Assembly: GCA_048884785.1 (NCBI GenBank)
Contig: JBHLQM010000009.1
Span: forward strand, 1 to 64,000
DNA length: 64,000 nt
Direction of reading: 5' to 3'
Origin: Candidatus Thorarchaeota archaeon
GTDB taxonomy: Archaea > Asgardarchaeota > Thorarchaeia > Thorarchaeales > Thorarchaeaceae
Of the stretch, positions 17,889 to 28,134 are shown piece by piece (positions within the stretch are counted from its first letter, which is position 1; each line of letters opens with the position of its first letter). The notes under the pieces were generated by a model that did no database searches, was not told the DNA's origin, and saw only the letters and a program-made list of their open reading frames with translations. The translations under genes were made by a program, and so were the position numbers.

Positions 17889-18083
17889 CTATCCACGAAC
17901 ACGGATACCATGTACCTTTTTGTGTGCCCAAGCATACTGCCTAAGTTTGCTTGAAACCCCAAAACCGCATGCTGCGCATCTCTTGTGTCTTACATGATAT
18001 GACCTTCGGCCACAGCGTCTGCATCTAATGTGATGTGGATTGTTTTTCTTTCCTTTTGATGGAGTTCCTTTTCCCATTGGCAC
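17889..18083 (-). CDS. rpl37e: 50S ribosomal protein eL37
   Basis: GKGTPS.GKK...HIRCRRCG...CAACGFG; lies downstream of lsm, the conserved synteny. Confidence 0.97.
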   Translation of the reverse strand: MPMGKGTPSKGKKNNPHHIRCRRCGRRSYHVRHKRCAACGFGVSSKLRQYAWAHKKVHGIRVRG

Positions 18084-18089
18084 ACACTC

Positions 18090-18362
18090 CTATTTCTTCT
18101 TGGAGGATTTCGGAGGAGGGCTGACAATGACAACATTATCGCCTCTAACTATTATTGTTGCAACAGACTCAACATGTTCCTCGTTCGTTTCAGGATCGAC
18201 ATAGATTTCGTCTGCATCTTCAATAATGAGATTCAGGTGCTGATCGAATCCTCGTAGTCTGCCCTTGATTTTTCTTCGCCCCTTCAGTTCAACGAGTATA
18301 TGTCCTCCAATTGACTTCTGAAGGAGTTCCATGGGTCTACCTGCGTTCACTAACATCACCAA
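18090..18362 (-). CDS. lsm: Sm-like archaeal protein (SmAP1/Lsm)
   Basis: RP...L, G.LRGFDQHLNL (Sm1), IIVRGDNV (Sm2). Confidence 0.96.
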   Translation of the reverse strand: MVMLVNAGRPMELLQKSIGGHILVELKGRRKIKGRLRGFDQHLNLIIEDADEIYVDPETNEEHVESVATIIVRGDNVVIVSPPPKSSKKK

Positions 18363-18368
18363 AGAATC

Positions 18369-18393
18369 TCGTCTAGGGCTCCGGAGCCCACGA
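18369..18393 (-). promoter_or_regulatory. GC-rich stem-loop in the putative lsm-rpl37e 5' leader
   Basis: Minus strand reads TCGT-GGGCT-CCGG-AGCCC-TAG-ACGA. A TATA-like TTTTTAAG lies ~25 nt upstream (18419-18426, minus strand). Confidence 0.45.
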
Positions 18394-18499
18394 CATTCGC
18401 GCTAATTTTCGGCCTCCACTTAAAAAGATGACGATGAAACCTTAAATGAAAAACATCCTTTCGGAGCCTTCAAAAAGCTGAAGATTCATTATTCTATTA

Positions 18500-19006
18500 A
18501 TGCCAAAGATTGAGAAAATAAAGAAGCGTCACTTTCTGAAAAAGAAAGAACAGAAAGCGGAGATTATCCGTATTGAGAATGAACTGGGAACATGCGTCAG
18601 CAAATTGGATGAAAAGGACCAATTCGAAACAGGCATTCTTGATGATGGCACTAAGGTTTTGATGCTCAAAAATGAAATTCTATTTTTTGAAAAAGCTGGG
18701 AAACTGTTTCCATCACTACATGCACTTCTGAAGGAGATTGTCGCCATTCCTAGAATTTCGGTTGATATGGGTGCGATTCGGTTCGTAGTGAATGGTGCGG
18801 ATATTATGCGGCCTGGAGTAGTCAGTATCGACGATGATATCTCAGCAGATTCAGTTGTTGCCATTGTCGATGAGCGTCATGGGAAACCTTTAGCGGTAGG
18901 CCAAGCCCTGATGGATTCGGCTAGCATGAGAAACGCCGAAAAGGGAAAAATTGTGAAGTCAATTCATCATGTTAATGACTACCTATGGGATTTTACTAAG
19001 AGTTGA
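18500..19006 (+). CDS. PUA-domain RNA-binding protein (MCT-1/Tma20-like)
   Basis: VDMGAIRFVVNGADIMRPGV, KPLAVG, HHVND.LW. Confidence 0.93.
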   Translation: MPKIEKIKKRHFLKKKEQKAEIIRIENELGTCVSKLDEKDQFETGILDDGTKVLMLKNEILFFEKAGKLFPSLHALLKEIVAIPRISVDMGAIRFVVNGADIMRPGVVSIDDDISADSVVAIVDERHGKPLAVGQALMDSASMRNAEKGKIVKSIHHVNDYLWDFTKS

Positions 19007-19011
19007 GAATG

Positions 19012-21705
19012 CTACTCAGGCTCTTCCAATCTCGCTCTTACATGTGCCAATGCTGCCTTGTAGACCTCCTTGGCGTAGCTCTGATCTAACCCTGAGTTGC
19101 GAGCAAACCTATCACGAACGAGCCCCTTCTTCTCCGGATCCCTATCCTTTCTTAATATGTCAGAGATTGATTTGTATCCCCGATCAAATAGCGCCCTAGC
19201 CATACCTCTTGATATTGGAATATATTCATTGTCTACTTGAGGTATCTTAAGTTCCAATAAGTCGGATTTGGCTAAATCGGCTCTAACCCCATAGAGAAGC
19301 TGCCTACTAAGAATGTCAAATCTATTCGCAATCGCTTTCTTCTTCAGTTGATTAAAGTACTGACTGAGATCTTCTGCCAGACCTCCACAAATCTTGATGA
19401 GGGAATCAAAATCGCCTTCATCCATATCCAACCCTCCAGCATTTCTTCCATCGATGATAATATTTCTTCCAACCTCATTGGCTGCGACTATGACATCAGT
19501 CGCGTTCAATTCAGATATCCATTTGATAATTGCTTCTTTCTTCACACGATTGCGACCCTTAGTTAGTTCATCATACCAATTACTTGGTTTTTCTAATCCA
19601 GCTGCAGCAAGCTCAATAGAAGTAGGATAAGATGTTCGAGGTCTGACTATCTGAGGTAGACCAAAAGAGAGTATGATGTCTACCAATTCATCATCACTGA
19701 CATCAACCTGCAATCTATCAAGAACATGTTGAATCTCTAGATATCTGATGATATCCAATCCGGCTTTTGTTGCTGCTGAAACTTCCTTGGTCAGTTTGAA
19801 ACCCTCATCAACTGGCTGAAGCGCTCTTTTCTGAACTAGCCACGCGAATAAAGTGGAAAACATCCTTCCAACAAAAACCTGGTAATCATCATGCTGTATG
19901 GATCGGAAGCATTCCTTTGCAAATTGAAATATCGATGTTTCCAACTTCTCCCGTGTGAATTTTCTACCGGATACTATCTCTCTCGTCATTATATTCGCTA
20001 AAATCGATGGAAAAACGGGTCCAGGGCTGATGGGTTCAAGTGGTTTATGAAGGAGGGTTTCTTCAAGTGATACTGCATCTTGAAATCTCCTTGATGGTTC
20101 TTCAAATACAAGATATACACTCCCTCCATGCTCAGCAAGATGATACTCGCCAATCCTACCCGCCACCTGAAGATACCGAGAGCGTGCTGCGAGGTAATCC
20201 ATTATTCGGTCAAAGAGAATAACGACACTATCAAATGGGAAGCTAATTCCAGCTGTTATTCCAGTCGTCGATACTACTGTTCTGATTGCACCAATCTTTA
20301 TTTTCTCCTCCAGGCGTCTTCTAACCTCTGGACTAAGACCTGCATGATGGAAAGCTATGCCCTGTTTTAACAATTGATAGAGTCTGCTTGCAACCGGCAA
20401 ATTTGCATCGGGTCCAACTATGAAATCAGAGAGACTTTCATCAACAGGTCTAGGCCAGTGACGTGAGATAACTCCTGCAAGCCATTCTGCCTGGTTTCTT
20501 GATGATGCAACAAAGAGTATTGATTTCTGATTGTAATTTCCTACATGTTCAATTATAGACTCAAGTAAGTACTCTCTCTTCATGAGCACGTTTTGTGTGC
20601 CGTCGCTGCTATAGATCCTGATTCCCTTTTCATCCTTAATAGCTATGAATTCATCCGGTGTCAGTCGAACGTTGGGTCTGAAGATTTTGGCATCAAGCCA
20701 CAGTGCCACATCTTCAGTATCGCCAAACCTCGATGAGAGTGTAATGATTTGAGACCCCCTCTTCAGCAGAGTAACAAGACAATCAAGTTTTGCACTTCTG
20801 TCAGTTCCCAGATTCCCTGCATCAATCTCCCCTATTGGAGAATCAAGTTCTGATAGTTCGTCTACTACAGTGAGTCCAATCTTTTCAGTCCATGCATCAC
20901 GCTGAAGGATGTCAGAGAGTACGGACTCATATACGCCTACAATAAGGTCAGCAGCTTCCAATGCATCTTGTTTCACGATCTGTGATCCATCATGACGTTG
21001 AATAGAATAGCCCAGTTCTTCAAGGAGTTCTCCATATTCATTGATGACTTGGGTGATGATTGAGAGGTAGGGGCTTAGATACAGACATTTGATACCTTTT
21101 TGGAGTTTCATAAGAACAGCAATCATGGCAAGGAAAGTCTTTCCGGAACCAGGGGGCATTTGTATCAGAATATTGCCATCGAAGTCTCTAACCTCATTTA
21201 GAAACTTCTCTTGAGCGGGTAGTAGTCTTACAAAATTCTTGTGTCGTAGGAGGATCTTGGCTGTTCTGTAGGCCTCAGTGTCTCTGGAAGAAGGCCCCAA
21301 CATGCTCCCCAGAGCTGACAATGCTAGCCTTCCTTCATGGGTTATCATGAATGTTCTCTGTTTCTTTCCCTTAGTTCCTAATGCTTGAACATATCCTGCT
21401 TTGACTAGCTTGTTCATACTTTCATACAATGTTCCGCCAGCAGCGAACTTTTTCTTTCGTTCCTCATATTTGACCAGAACTCCCGATCTTATGCCATTAG
21501 GACTTGCATCTGGTTTAGGAAATCCCATCAGTTCGAGCAGACCTTCAACAATCTCATCCCATCCCACATTCTGAATGATATCGCCCTTTTCCGGATTTAG
21601 TACTTGAAGAATCTCGATTGCATATCGATTCCCAAGCGACCGCAGTCGAGTACGCATCGCATCAAGTTCGCGATCTCTCTGGTCAATCTCTCCCATGAAT
21701 TCCAC
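19012..21705 (-). CDS. Ski2/Hel308-like SF2 helicase with N-terminal winged-helix domain
   Basis: Q motif (LPAQ), Walker A MPPGSGKT, VVDELS, FHHAGL, QVAGRIG. The N-terminal ~135 aa look like an ArsR/PadR wHTH. Confidence 0.85.
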   Translation of the reverse strand: MEFMGEIDQRDRELDAMRTRLRSLGNRYAIEILQVLNPEKGDIIQNVGWDEIVEGLLELMGFPKPDASPNGIRSGVLVKYEERKKKFAAGGTLYESMNKLVKAGYVQALGTKGKKQRTFMITHEGRLALSALGSMLGPSSRDTEAYRTAKILLRHKNFVRLLPAQEKFLNEVRDFDGNILIQMPPGSGKTFLAMIAVLMKLQKGIKCLYLSPYLSIITQVINEYGELLEELGYSIQRHDGSQIVKQDALEAADLIVGVYESVLSDILQRDAWTEKIGLTVVDELSELDSPIGEIDAGNLGTDRSAKLDCLVTLLKRGSQIITLSSRFGDTEDVALWLDAKIFRPNVRLTPDEFIAIKDEKGIRIYSSDGTQNVLMKREYLLESIIEHVGNYNQKSILFVASSRNQAEWLAGVISRHWPRPVDESLSDFIVGPDANLPVASRLYQLLKQGIAFHHAGLSPEVRRRLEEKIKIGAIRTVVSTTGITAGISFPFDSVVILFDRIMDYLAARSRYLQVAGRIGEYHLAEHGGSVYLVFEEPSRRFQDAVSLEETLLHKPLEPISPGPVFPSILANIMTREIVSGRKFTREKLETSIFQFAKECFRSIQHDDYQVFVGRMFSTLFAWLVQKRALQPVDEGFKLTKEVSAATKAGLDIIRYLEIQHVLDRLQVDVSDDELVDIILSFGLPQIVRPRTSYPTSIELAAAGLEKPSNWYDELTKGRNRVKKEAIIKWISELNATDVIVAANEVGRNIIIDGRNAGGLDMDEGDFDSLIKICGGLAEDLSQYFNQLKKKAIANRFDILSRQLLYGVRADLAKSDLLELKIPQVDNEYIPISRGMARALFDRGYKSISDILRKDRDPEKKGLVRDRFARNSGLDQSYAKEVYKAALAHVRARLEEPE

Positions 21706-21810
21706 TCACAATTACCGAGTAATAAGAGCTAAAATCTGTTTCGAGACGCCTTCAAGATAATACTCGCTCTTTTCTTCAAAGAAGTTGGCTACATAATCAA
21801 TTAGAGGTGA

Positions 21811-22215
21811 ATGCCAGTGCGATTCCTGTTCAGACGTCGAGGCGAAGATGACAACAATCCTTTGAAGAATGCTTCAGGTCACTCAAGCCTAGGAATTTTC
21901 TCCCCCATGAGCGAACAGCAGGTACAACCAGATCCTCTTCATGAATGCAAACGGCTCGCTGAACTTGAAGAGATATTCGTCAGGTCTAAGAGTCTTGTTT
22001 CCCTTGATGATGTCCCATTTGTTGTAGATCAGATACGTAATGGCAATATAGTCCTGCTTGATATATCACGGCTAAATGATGGACGTGAACAGACCCATCT
22101 TGAACTAAAGCGCATAATTGAGCGAATTCGAGGAGAAACTCGAGGGTACAGAGCGGACATTGCCCTTGTGAATGAAAGCTGCGTTATCGTCACTCCACAA
22201 TTTGTCAGGTTTTAG
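21811..22215 (+). CDS. sepF: cell division protein SepF (archaeal type)
   Basis: D...VVDQIRNGNIVLLDISRL...ELKRIIERI...DIA......IVTP. Confidence 0.85.
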   Translation: MPVRFLFRRRGEDDNNPLKNASGHSSLGIFSPMSEQQVQPDPLHECKRLAELEEIFVRSKSLVSLDDVPFVVDQIRNGNIVLLDISRLNDGREQTHLELKRIIERIRGETRGYRADIALVNESCVIVTPQFVRF

Positions 22216-22218
22216 GAT

Positions 22219-24129
22219 CTACTTGAGCTTAATTGATTCGGTCACATATAGCGCCTTTGTGTCTATGTTCATCGATTTATGAATTGTTGATGCTAGATTT
22301 ACACACTTTGATGCCTCTCCATGACATGTGAGAATCTTTTCAGGAATTGGACTGACTCGTTTGATGAAGTTGAGAATCTGTTTTCTATCTGAGTGTCCTG
22401 AGAACCCCTCAACAGTTTCCACTTGCAGATTTACTGGAACAACTTGGGTGTTTCCATCCTTGTTTCGCATCTGCACTTCTTTCCATCCTTTCTGAATTCT
22501 TCTACCGAGTGTGCCTTCGCCCTGGTATGAAACAAAAGCGACCATATTCTTCGCATCAGGAGCAAGGTATCTGAAATACTCAACACTAGGACCACCGGCA
22601 AGCATACCTGAAGTTGCCATTATTATGCAGGGCTCACCTTCAACAATCTCCTCCCGCTGCTCATGACTATCAACCTGAACGAAAATCTCATTGAGAAACG
22701 GGTTAATTCCTTGGTGAAATATCATCTCTCTAATCTTCTTGCTTAGGGCTTCGGGATGTGTTGTGTGAATTGCAGTTGCTTGAGCAATCATTCCTTCGAG
22801 ATATACCGGTATTTTTGGTATTCGTCCCTTAGTAACTAGGTCTTCAATGACCAGCATTATCTCTTGAGCTCGTCCCACTGCAAGAACCGGAATCAGTACT
22901 TTGCCACCTCTTTCTATGGTTTTTCGAATGATTGAAGCGAATTTTTTCTCAACATCTTGCCTGGGTGGCATCTTATCTGTGGGGTGACCATAGGTGCTCT
23001 CTACAACAAGTGTTTCTAATCGTGGGAAAGTGAATGTTGCAGGCTCTAGAAGCCTGGTCCTTCCAAACTTGAAATCGCCTGTGTAGGCGAGATTGTATTG
23101 CCCATCTCCTATGTGAAGATGTATTATCGCAGAACCCAGAATATGTCCTGCATTATGCAGAGTCAAACGAACATCGGGTGCAATATCAGTCACTTCACCG
23201 TAGTTCAGAGTTATAGTGTGCAAAATTGTCTCCTTTACATCTCTGTCTCTGTAAGGCCGCAGCTTGCCTTCACGCTCCGCGACATCAAGATAATCAAGTT
23301 GTAGCAATGTTGCTAGATTAAGAGTCGGGGCAGTCATATATACAGGGCCTCTATAGCCATACTTGTACAAGAAGGGAACCATGCCGCAATGATCGAGATG
23401 GGCATGCGAAATAATGACTGCATCAAGTTCTTCGATGTTGAATTCAGGCATATCTAATCTGGGAAACGCCTTACTTGGAGTTCCTACATTTACACCACAA
23501 TCAATGAGAATATTTGATTCAGGTGTTTGTATGAACATAGATTGTCTGCCAACTTCTCTAAACCCTCCCAAAGCAGTCAATCTGATCCAGCTAGTTTCAC
23601 CCAGCGGTGCTCTATGAATTCTCTTACCAATCTCTCTAAATGCCTTATTTCTACGAGAGGCTTCAGATTGGATGATATACCGTATTTGTTTAATTAGCTT
23701 GCTTTCAATTGGAGGAGTTCGCATGACATTTGGTCGCCAGAAGGTTTGGCGAGTTATCTCCCTAAGTGTAGTGCCACTTCGCCCTATTACGAGGCCTGGT
23801 TTTTGTGCCTCAATAATTACCTCCCCTCTTGAATCATCAAAATCAACAGTGCTTATTTCTGCCTCTTCTGGAATGAGTTCACGCACAACTCTTTCTGCCT
23901 CTTCGGGTGGAAGCCGAACCTCTGGGGCTGACCTTACAACAATTCGTTTTCGCATTTTTCTTGCTAGTGCCTTGATTTTGTCTCCGTCATCCAGCAGTAT
24001 CTTCGGTGCCTTAGAATAGATTGCTATCTCAGGGCCTTCATACTCCACTGTGCTTATCGCTGCTGAACGGGGCAAGGCTTTCTTCACTGCCTCGCGAATA
24101 TCAATTATTTCATTCTCATCAGAAGTCAT
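22219..24129 (-). CDS. fttA: aCPSF1 / FttA beta-CASP ribonuclease, transcription termination factor
   Basis: Two KH domains, LGGFREVGR, SHAHLDH, GHILGSA, GFSGHSD; adjacent to psmB. Confidence 0.97.
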   Translation of the reverse strand: MTSDENEIIDIREAVKKALPRSAAISTVEYEGPEIAIYSKAPKILLDDGDKIKALARKMRKRIVVRSAPEVRLPPEEAERVVRELIPEEAEISTVDFDDSRGEVIIEAQKPGLVIGRSGTTLREITRQTFWRPNVMRTPPIESKLIKQIRYIIQSEASRRNKAFREIGKRIHRAPLGETSWIRLTALGGFREVGRQSMFIQTPESNILIDCGVNVGTPSKAFPRLDMPEFNIEELDAVIISHAHLDHCGMVPFLYKYGYRGPVYMTAPTLNLATLLQLDYLDVAEREGKLRPYRDRDVKETILHTITLNYGEVTDIAPDVRLTLHNAGHILGSAIIHLHIGDGQYNLAYTGDFKFGRTRLLEPATFTFPRLETLVVESTYGHPTDKMPPRQDVEKKFASIIRKTIERGGKVLIPVLAVGRAQEIMLVIEDLVTKGRIPKIPVYLEGMIAQATAIHTTHPEALSKKIREMIFHQGINPFLNEIFVQVDSHEQREEIVEGEPCIIMATSGMLAGGPSVEYFRYLAPDAKNMVAFVSYQGEGTLGRRIQKGWKEVQMRNKDGNTQVVPVNLQVETVEGFSGHSDRKQILNFIKRVSPIPEKILTCHGEASKCVNLASTIHKSMNIDTKALYVTESIKLK

Positions 24130-24238
24130 GTATTGTCACTTCTCTTTTACAAACCTATAGCTACGACTAATAGCCCTCTGCCAGCATGAACCACCTCGGT
24201 TCAATCCGAATGAGGTCAAATGACTAACAAATCAGGAA

Positions 24239-24877
24239 TCAATTGCCCTTCCAGATCTTCATGATGGTTTCTTTGTCCACTTCCTGGTAACCATCCTTGT
24301 CAATCACGCTAACAAGAATTGAGTTACCTGAGGCAGCATCTCTTTCAATTGCTGCGGCAACCGATCGCACAGCAAGTTCGATGGCTTTCTTCTTGGGAAG
24401 GTCGTCCTTATAGTCGGCCTCTAGAACACCCAACGCCACCGGAGATCCTGAACCTGTAGCAGTGAACTTGTCAGGCAGTACGGATCCGATGTAATCTGTG
24501 TAGAAAACTTGTGGACCCTCGTCATCAAAGCCTCCCACGAGACACTGTAGTAAATATCCTCCTCGAGCTTGGAACATTATGTTGCTTAGAAGTCTTGTCA
24601 ATGCCTTGACTCGCATCGGTCGCCCCCTCTGTATCTCAAAGAGCTTGGATTCTGCCCTAAGCAGTTCCATCATTGCCTGTGCATCAGCAACTGAACCAGC
24701 GATGGTTGCGCCAATTCTGTCGGTGATTTTGTATATTTTCTGAGCTGTCTTGTTGGCGATTAAAAAGCCCATAGTTGCTCTCTGATCGCTAGCTAGAACA
24801 ACGCAGTCTTTGGCAACTAGTCCTACTGTTGTAGTTCCGGTCTTGAGTTCATCTGGAGCTTGTGTTGTATGTTCCAT
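24239..24877 (-). CDS. psmB: proteasome beta subunit
   Basis: Propeptide followed by KTG/TTTVG; GSVADAQ; TGSGS; RDAASG. Confidence 0.97.
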   Translation of the reverse strand: MEHTTQAPDELKTGTTTVGLVAKDCVVLASDQRATMGFLIANKTAQKIYKITDRIGATIAGSVADAQAMMELLRAESKLFEIQRGRPMRVKALTRLLSNIMFQARGGYLLQCLVGGFDDEGPQVFYTDYIGSVLPDKFTATGSGSPVALGVLEADYKDDLPKKKAIELAVRSVAAAIERDAASGNSILVSVIDKDGYQEVDKETIMKIWKGN

Positions 24878-25002
24878 ATCGAGTAACTCCCATTAAAGAG
24901 ATTGAGTCTCGGAGAACTAGTGACAGCGAGCTGTTTTTAGTGAATTGTATTAAAAGGTTTCCACATGGAACAATTCAGTCCCACGTAGAAACTTCCGCCG
25001 TT

Positions 25003-25857
25003 TTAGGTCTTGTTTTCCTTTGGTGCTTCAGGACGCGGCCAAGTTGTGACCAGCTTTACCTCTGTAGCCTTTTCTACAACCTTGAGCGCATCCGCTGCAA
25101 TTCCAATCTCTGCATATTGTATGTTTTCAATGTATCGTGTTTCTTTAGGGAGCTCAATTGTGATGGTTTTCCCACTAATCGACGCACTAAATTGGTCTCT
25201 TTTGAGTCCTGGTACTCTTCTATTGACGACAGCTAGGAGCTTTTCTACTGGATCTGAAATTATCTCCTTAATTATCACATCAAAGACTAGGGTCTTTCCA
25301 GAAAGTGGAGGATTAAAATCCACTCTTACAGTACGGCCAAGAACTTGCGAGATTACACCCCGTTCCCTACCAAAATTGACCTCTGTTCCCTTTATTGGTC
25401 TAACACCATGTTTGGCGAGTTTTGTTTTGGGAATGGTCTTCACCAGATTGGGATCTCTGAGACCAGCTCCCTTCTCTGGAGGCACCTCCACTACTCTCTT
25501 GTCACCCACCTTCATTCCTACAAGTTGTTCTTCAAGTGCCGCTAGCAGCCAATTCCATCCTATGGCAACAAGCATGGGCTCATATCGTTCATTTTCTTTG
25601 TACAGCTCTTTCTCCTTGGCCACTTCTTCTAGGGTAGTATCAAAGAGCAAACCATCTTCTTTTGTTGTGCCTGTATAGTCAATATAGACAAGGCTCTTCT
25701 CACCAACAACTGTTTCAGTTTTCCCTGGTGCAATTGCTTTCTTTTCTGGTGAAGTCTTGGTTGCTCTCTTGCCTTTGGTCTTTGTAGACTCTTCACCTGT
25801 TTCAGCTTTCTTAGCTGGTTGTTTCTTGGCTTTCTCGGCCGAATCTTTGGTGGACAT
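25003..25857 (-). CDS. long-type FKBP peptidyl-prolyl isomerase (SlyD-like)
   Basis: IDYTG...FDTT, GMKVG, VDFNPPLSGKTLVFDV. Confidence 0.92.
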   Translation of the reverse strand: MSTKDSAEKAKKQPAKKAETGEESTKTKGKRATKTSPEKKAIAPGKTETVVGEKSLVYIDYTGTTKEDGLLFDTTLEEVAKEKELYKENERYEPMLVAIGWNWLLAALEEQLVGMKVGDKRVVEVPPEKGAGLRDPNLVKTIPKTKLAKHGVRPIKGTEVNFGRERGVISQVLGRTVRVDFNPPLSGKTLVFDVIIKEIISDPVEKLLAVVNRRVPGLKRDQFSASISGKTITIELPKETRYIENIQYAEIGIAADALKVVEKATEVKLVTTWPRPEAPKENKT

Positions 25858-25927
25858 ATCTAGCTCCCTCTGGAGAATATTAGCAGTTTCTTGCCGGTCT
25901 GCTCAGCGTTGTTATAAAACGGTTTCC

Positions 25928-26524
25928 TTACGTCCCATTCTGAAGAACACCTCGCAGCACCATCAGCTTTTCATAGAAGAGAATCTTCTCTGCAGCAATC
26001 TCACTCCTGAGATGCTTCTCTTTCATTGCTTCCATAATTACATTTGGATTCCCAAGGCTTGAAACCACCAAGTATATTCTTCCCCTTGGAAGAAGATGTT
26101 CCACTGCCTGATGGATGAATCTCAAAGTAATCTCAGCTCCACTCTCTCCTCCCACCAATGCTTGATCTAATGAAGTATGATTCTCATCCGCTGGCAAGTA
26201 AGGCGGATTGAATATGATTATCGAAAACTTGCTCCTCGAATTGACCGCATCCAGCAAATCGGACTGAATGACATTGCATCTCTTCAGAAGATCGTTTTTT
26301 CTTATGTTCTCCATAGTGTTTTCCACAGCTGAATATGAAACATCGATTCCAACATAGTGCTCGACTCTTCTGCACAAATTAAGACCTATATACCCAGTCC
26401 CGCATCCAATCTCTAAGAGCGAATCATCCGATTTGGTCACGATTGCATCATGCAATAGATAGGTGTCTTCTGATGGAGGATACACATCAGGATTGGTTTC
26501 AATTCGAATTTCAAACCCTTTCAT
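25928..26524 (-). CDS. HemK2/Mtq2 release-factor glutamine methyltransferase
   Basis: VYPPSEDTYLL, LEIGCGTG, FNPPYLP. Confidence 0.93.
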   Translation of the reverse strand: MKGFEIRIETNPDVYPPSEDTYLLHDAIVTKSDDSLLEIGCGTGYIGLNLCRRVEHYVGIDVSYSAVENTMENIRKNDLLKRCNVIQSDLLDAVNSRSKFSIIIFNPPYLPADENHTSLDQALVGGESGAEITLRFIHQAVEHLLPRGRIYLVVSSLGNPNVIMEAMKEKHLRSEIAAEKILFYEKLMVLRGVLQNGT

Positions 26525-26528
26525 TTTC

Positions 26529-27392
26529 CTACCTTCTAGGGTCCAAGAGTATCCCCTTCTCGATAAAATCGAGAAGCAGATCAGACAGAATTACGAGCTC
26601 TTCAAGAGACAAGTCTCTCAAACGAACTGATCCATCCACTGCCCTTTGTCCCTCCAGCAAAGTATCTGTGAGATGAGCTTGACCAATGTTCTTGAGCCAA
26701 ATTCCAAGCGCCTTTCTTAGCTGTTTATTCGGATAGGAGAAGAGTCCGTGAATCATCCAAAAGAAGACTTCATCGCTCCTAGCAAAAGGACCTGTTTTTC
26801 TGTGGACCACTCGAAGAACAGATGAATTGACTTCAGGAGTAGGATAGAAATTCCGAGCATCAACATCCATGATGTGTTCTGCGTTGCCAAGGTATTGAAA
26901 ATCAATTGATAATCGAGAATACTCAGAGCTACCCGGGGTTGCGAGTAACCGTTGAGCAAACTCCTTTTGATACATCAGAATGGCTTCTTCAAATGGTTCT
27001 TTTTGAAGTAGTCTGAATGTGATCGCTGATGCAGCACTGTACGGCAGATTCGAAACAATTTTGTCTGCTTTTGGCCATGAAACTTGTAGAGCATCGCCCT
27101 CAATTATCTCAACGTTATCGTTTGATGCCAGAAGGTCTCTAAGAGCTTTTGCCAATCCTGGCTCAAGTTCGATTACAAACACAATCTTCGCCTTTTGAGC
27201 AAGTAGTGATGTAAGAATCCCCAAACCACCGCCAATCTCTAAAACAGCTTCACCTGATTGGATATTTGCAGCATCGACTATTGTCCGGGCAATAGCTTGG
27301 GATTTTAGAAAGCTCTGGCCTTTCTTCCTTTTTGGGTTCACTGAATACTTGCGCAACAGTTGCGGTATGTTGTTGTCGTACAGGAAGCTCAC
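26529..27392 (-). CDS. rsmA: 16S rRNA adenine dimethyltransferase
   Basis: GQSFL, LEIGGGLGILT, VSNLPY, QKEFAQRL, F.P.P.V.S. Confidence 0.95.
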   Translation of the reverse strand: MSFLYDNNIPQLLRKYSVNPKRKKGQSFLKSQAIARTIVDAANIQSGEAVLEIGGGLGILTSLLAQKAKIVFVIELEPGLAKALRDLLASNDNVEIIEGDALQVSWPKADKIVSNLPYSAASAITFRLLQKEPFEEAILMYQKEFAQRLLATPGSSEYSRLSIDFQYLGNAEHIMDVDARNFYPTPEVNSSVLRVVHRKTGPFARSDEVFFWMIHGLFSYPNKQLRKALGIWLKNIGQAHLTDTLLEGQRAVDGSVRLRDLSLEELVILSDLLLDFIEKGILLDPRR

Positions 27393-27407
27393 CTGTGACT
27401 TCTTGTT

Positions 27408-28013
27408 CTATCTTCGAGGTGGTTTCTCCTTCTCCTCTTCATCACGTTTCGGAGGTCTAACAAAAAGCCATCTCTTGACATCTTCTTGTAGCTCATCAAT
27501 TATTCTAGCAGTGATCACTTTTTTCGGATGCTGAAGTTTGGTTCTGGCTGCAATATCATCAAAACTTTTGAAAGGCTCTTTCTTTCTCTCTTCAAGAATA
27601 GCCCACATCAATGTTTGTCCAATGCCTGGAAGGAGCTGAAGAGAGTGCATTCGCGTTGTGAGCGGATTGGCTTCATTGAAGAATTGCACGAATTTATGTT
27701 CATATTTTGTAACAATAATTTCAATAACTAACGGCAGTTCCGCGGAACTCTCAGGTGCAAGATCCTCATAGAAAATGCGTCGCCTAACGTGATCTATCTT
27801 TCCTTGTGCATTTCTTTGTATTGACACCCTCTCTTGTGGATGCAATGTCACTCCAAGACGTGGTGTAAGCTCAAGGAGCGTAAAATTGGTTTCACCTATT
27901 GCCTGAACAACAGTTTCTCCCCTGGGTCGGTTATCGCGGAGAAAGACCTTCGGTGGTATGACTGCCAGGACATATGCATGGGTCTCGAATGCTCTGTTTT
28001 GAGAACCTTCCAT
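27408..28013 (-). CDS. DUF655 putative RNA/DNA-binding protein
   Basis: QAIGETNFTLLEL, FFNEA.PLTTRMHSLQLLPGIG; conserved position between rpo4 and rsmA. Confidence 0.93.
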   Translation of the reverse strand: MEGSQNRAFETHAYVLAVIPPKVFLRDNRPRGETVVQAIGETNFTLLELTPRLGVTLHPQERVSIQRNAQGKIDHVRRRIFYEDLAPESSAELPLVIEIIVTKYEHKFVQFFNEANPLTTRMHSLQLLPGIGQTLMWAILEERKKEPFKSFDDIAARTKLQHPKKVITARIIDELQEDVKRWLFVRPPKRDEEEKEKPPRR

Positions 28014-28134
28014 TTGATTTTGCTCCTGGTTGTTTCAGACCACATCAATGATGAAATGTATTGCTAGAGATAAAAGTCAATCGGGACAGGCATGTTGTTC
28101 GCGCTTTACTGAAATAATGCATACATGGCGAATT

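Noticed and set aside
28048-28112. Candidate C/D box sRNA (ATGATGA...CTGA)
   Set aside because: Antisense to the operon, no convincing internal D'/C' boxes, and no rRNA or tRNA target I could identify.
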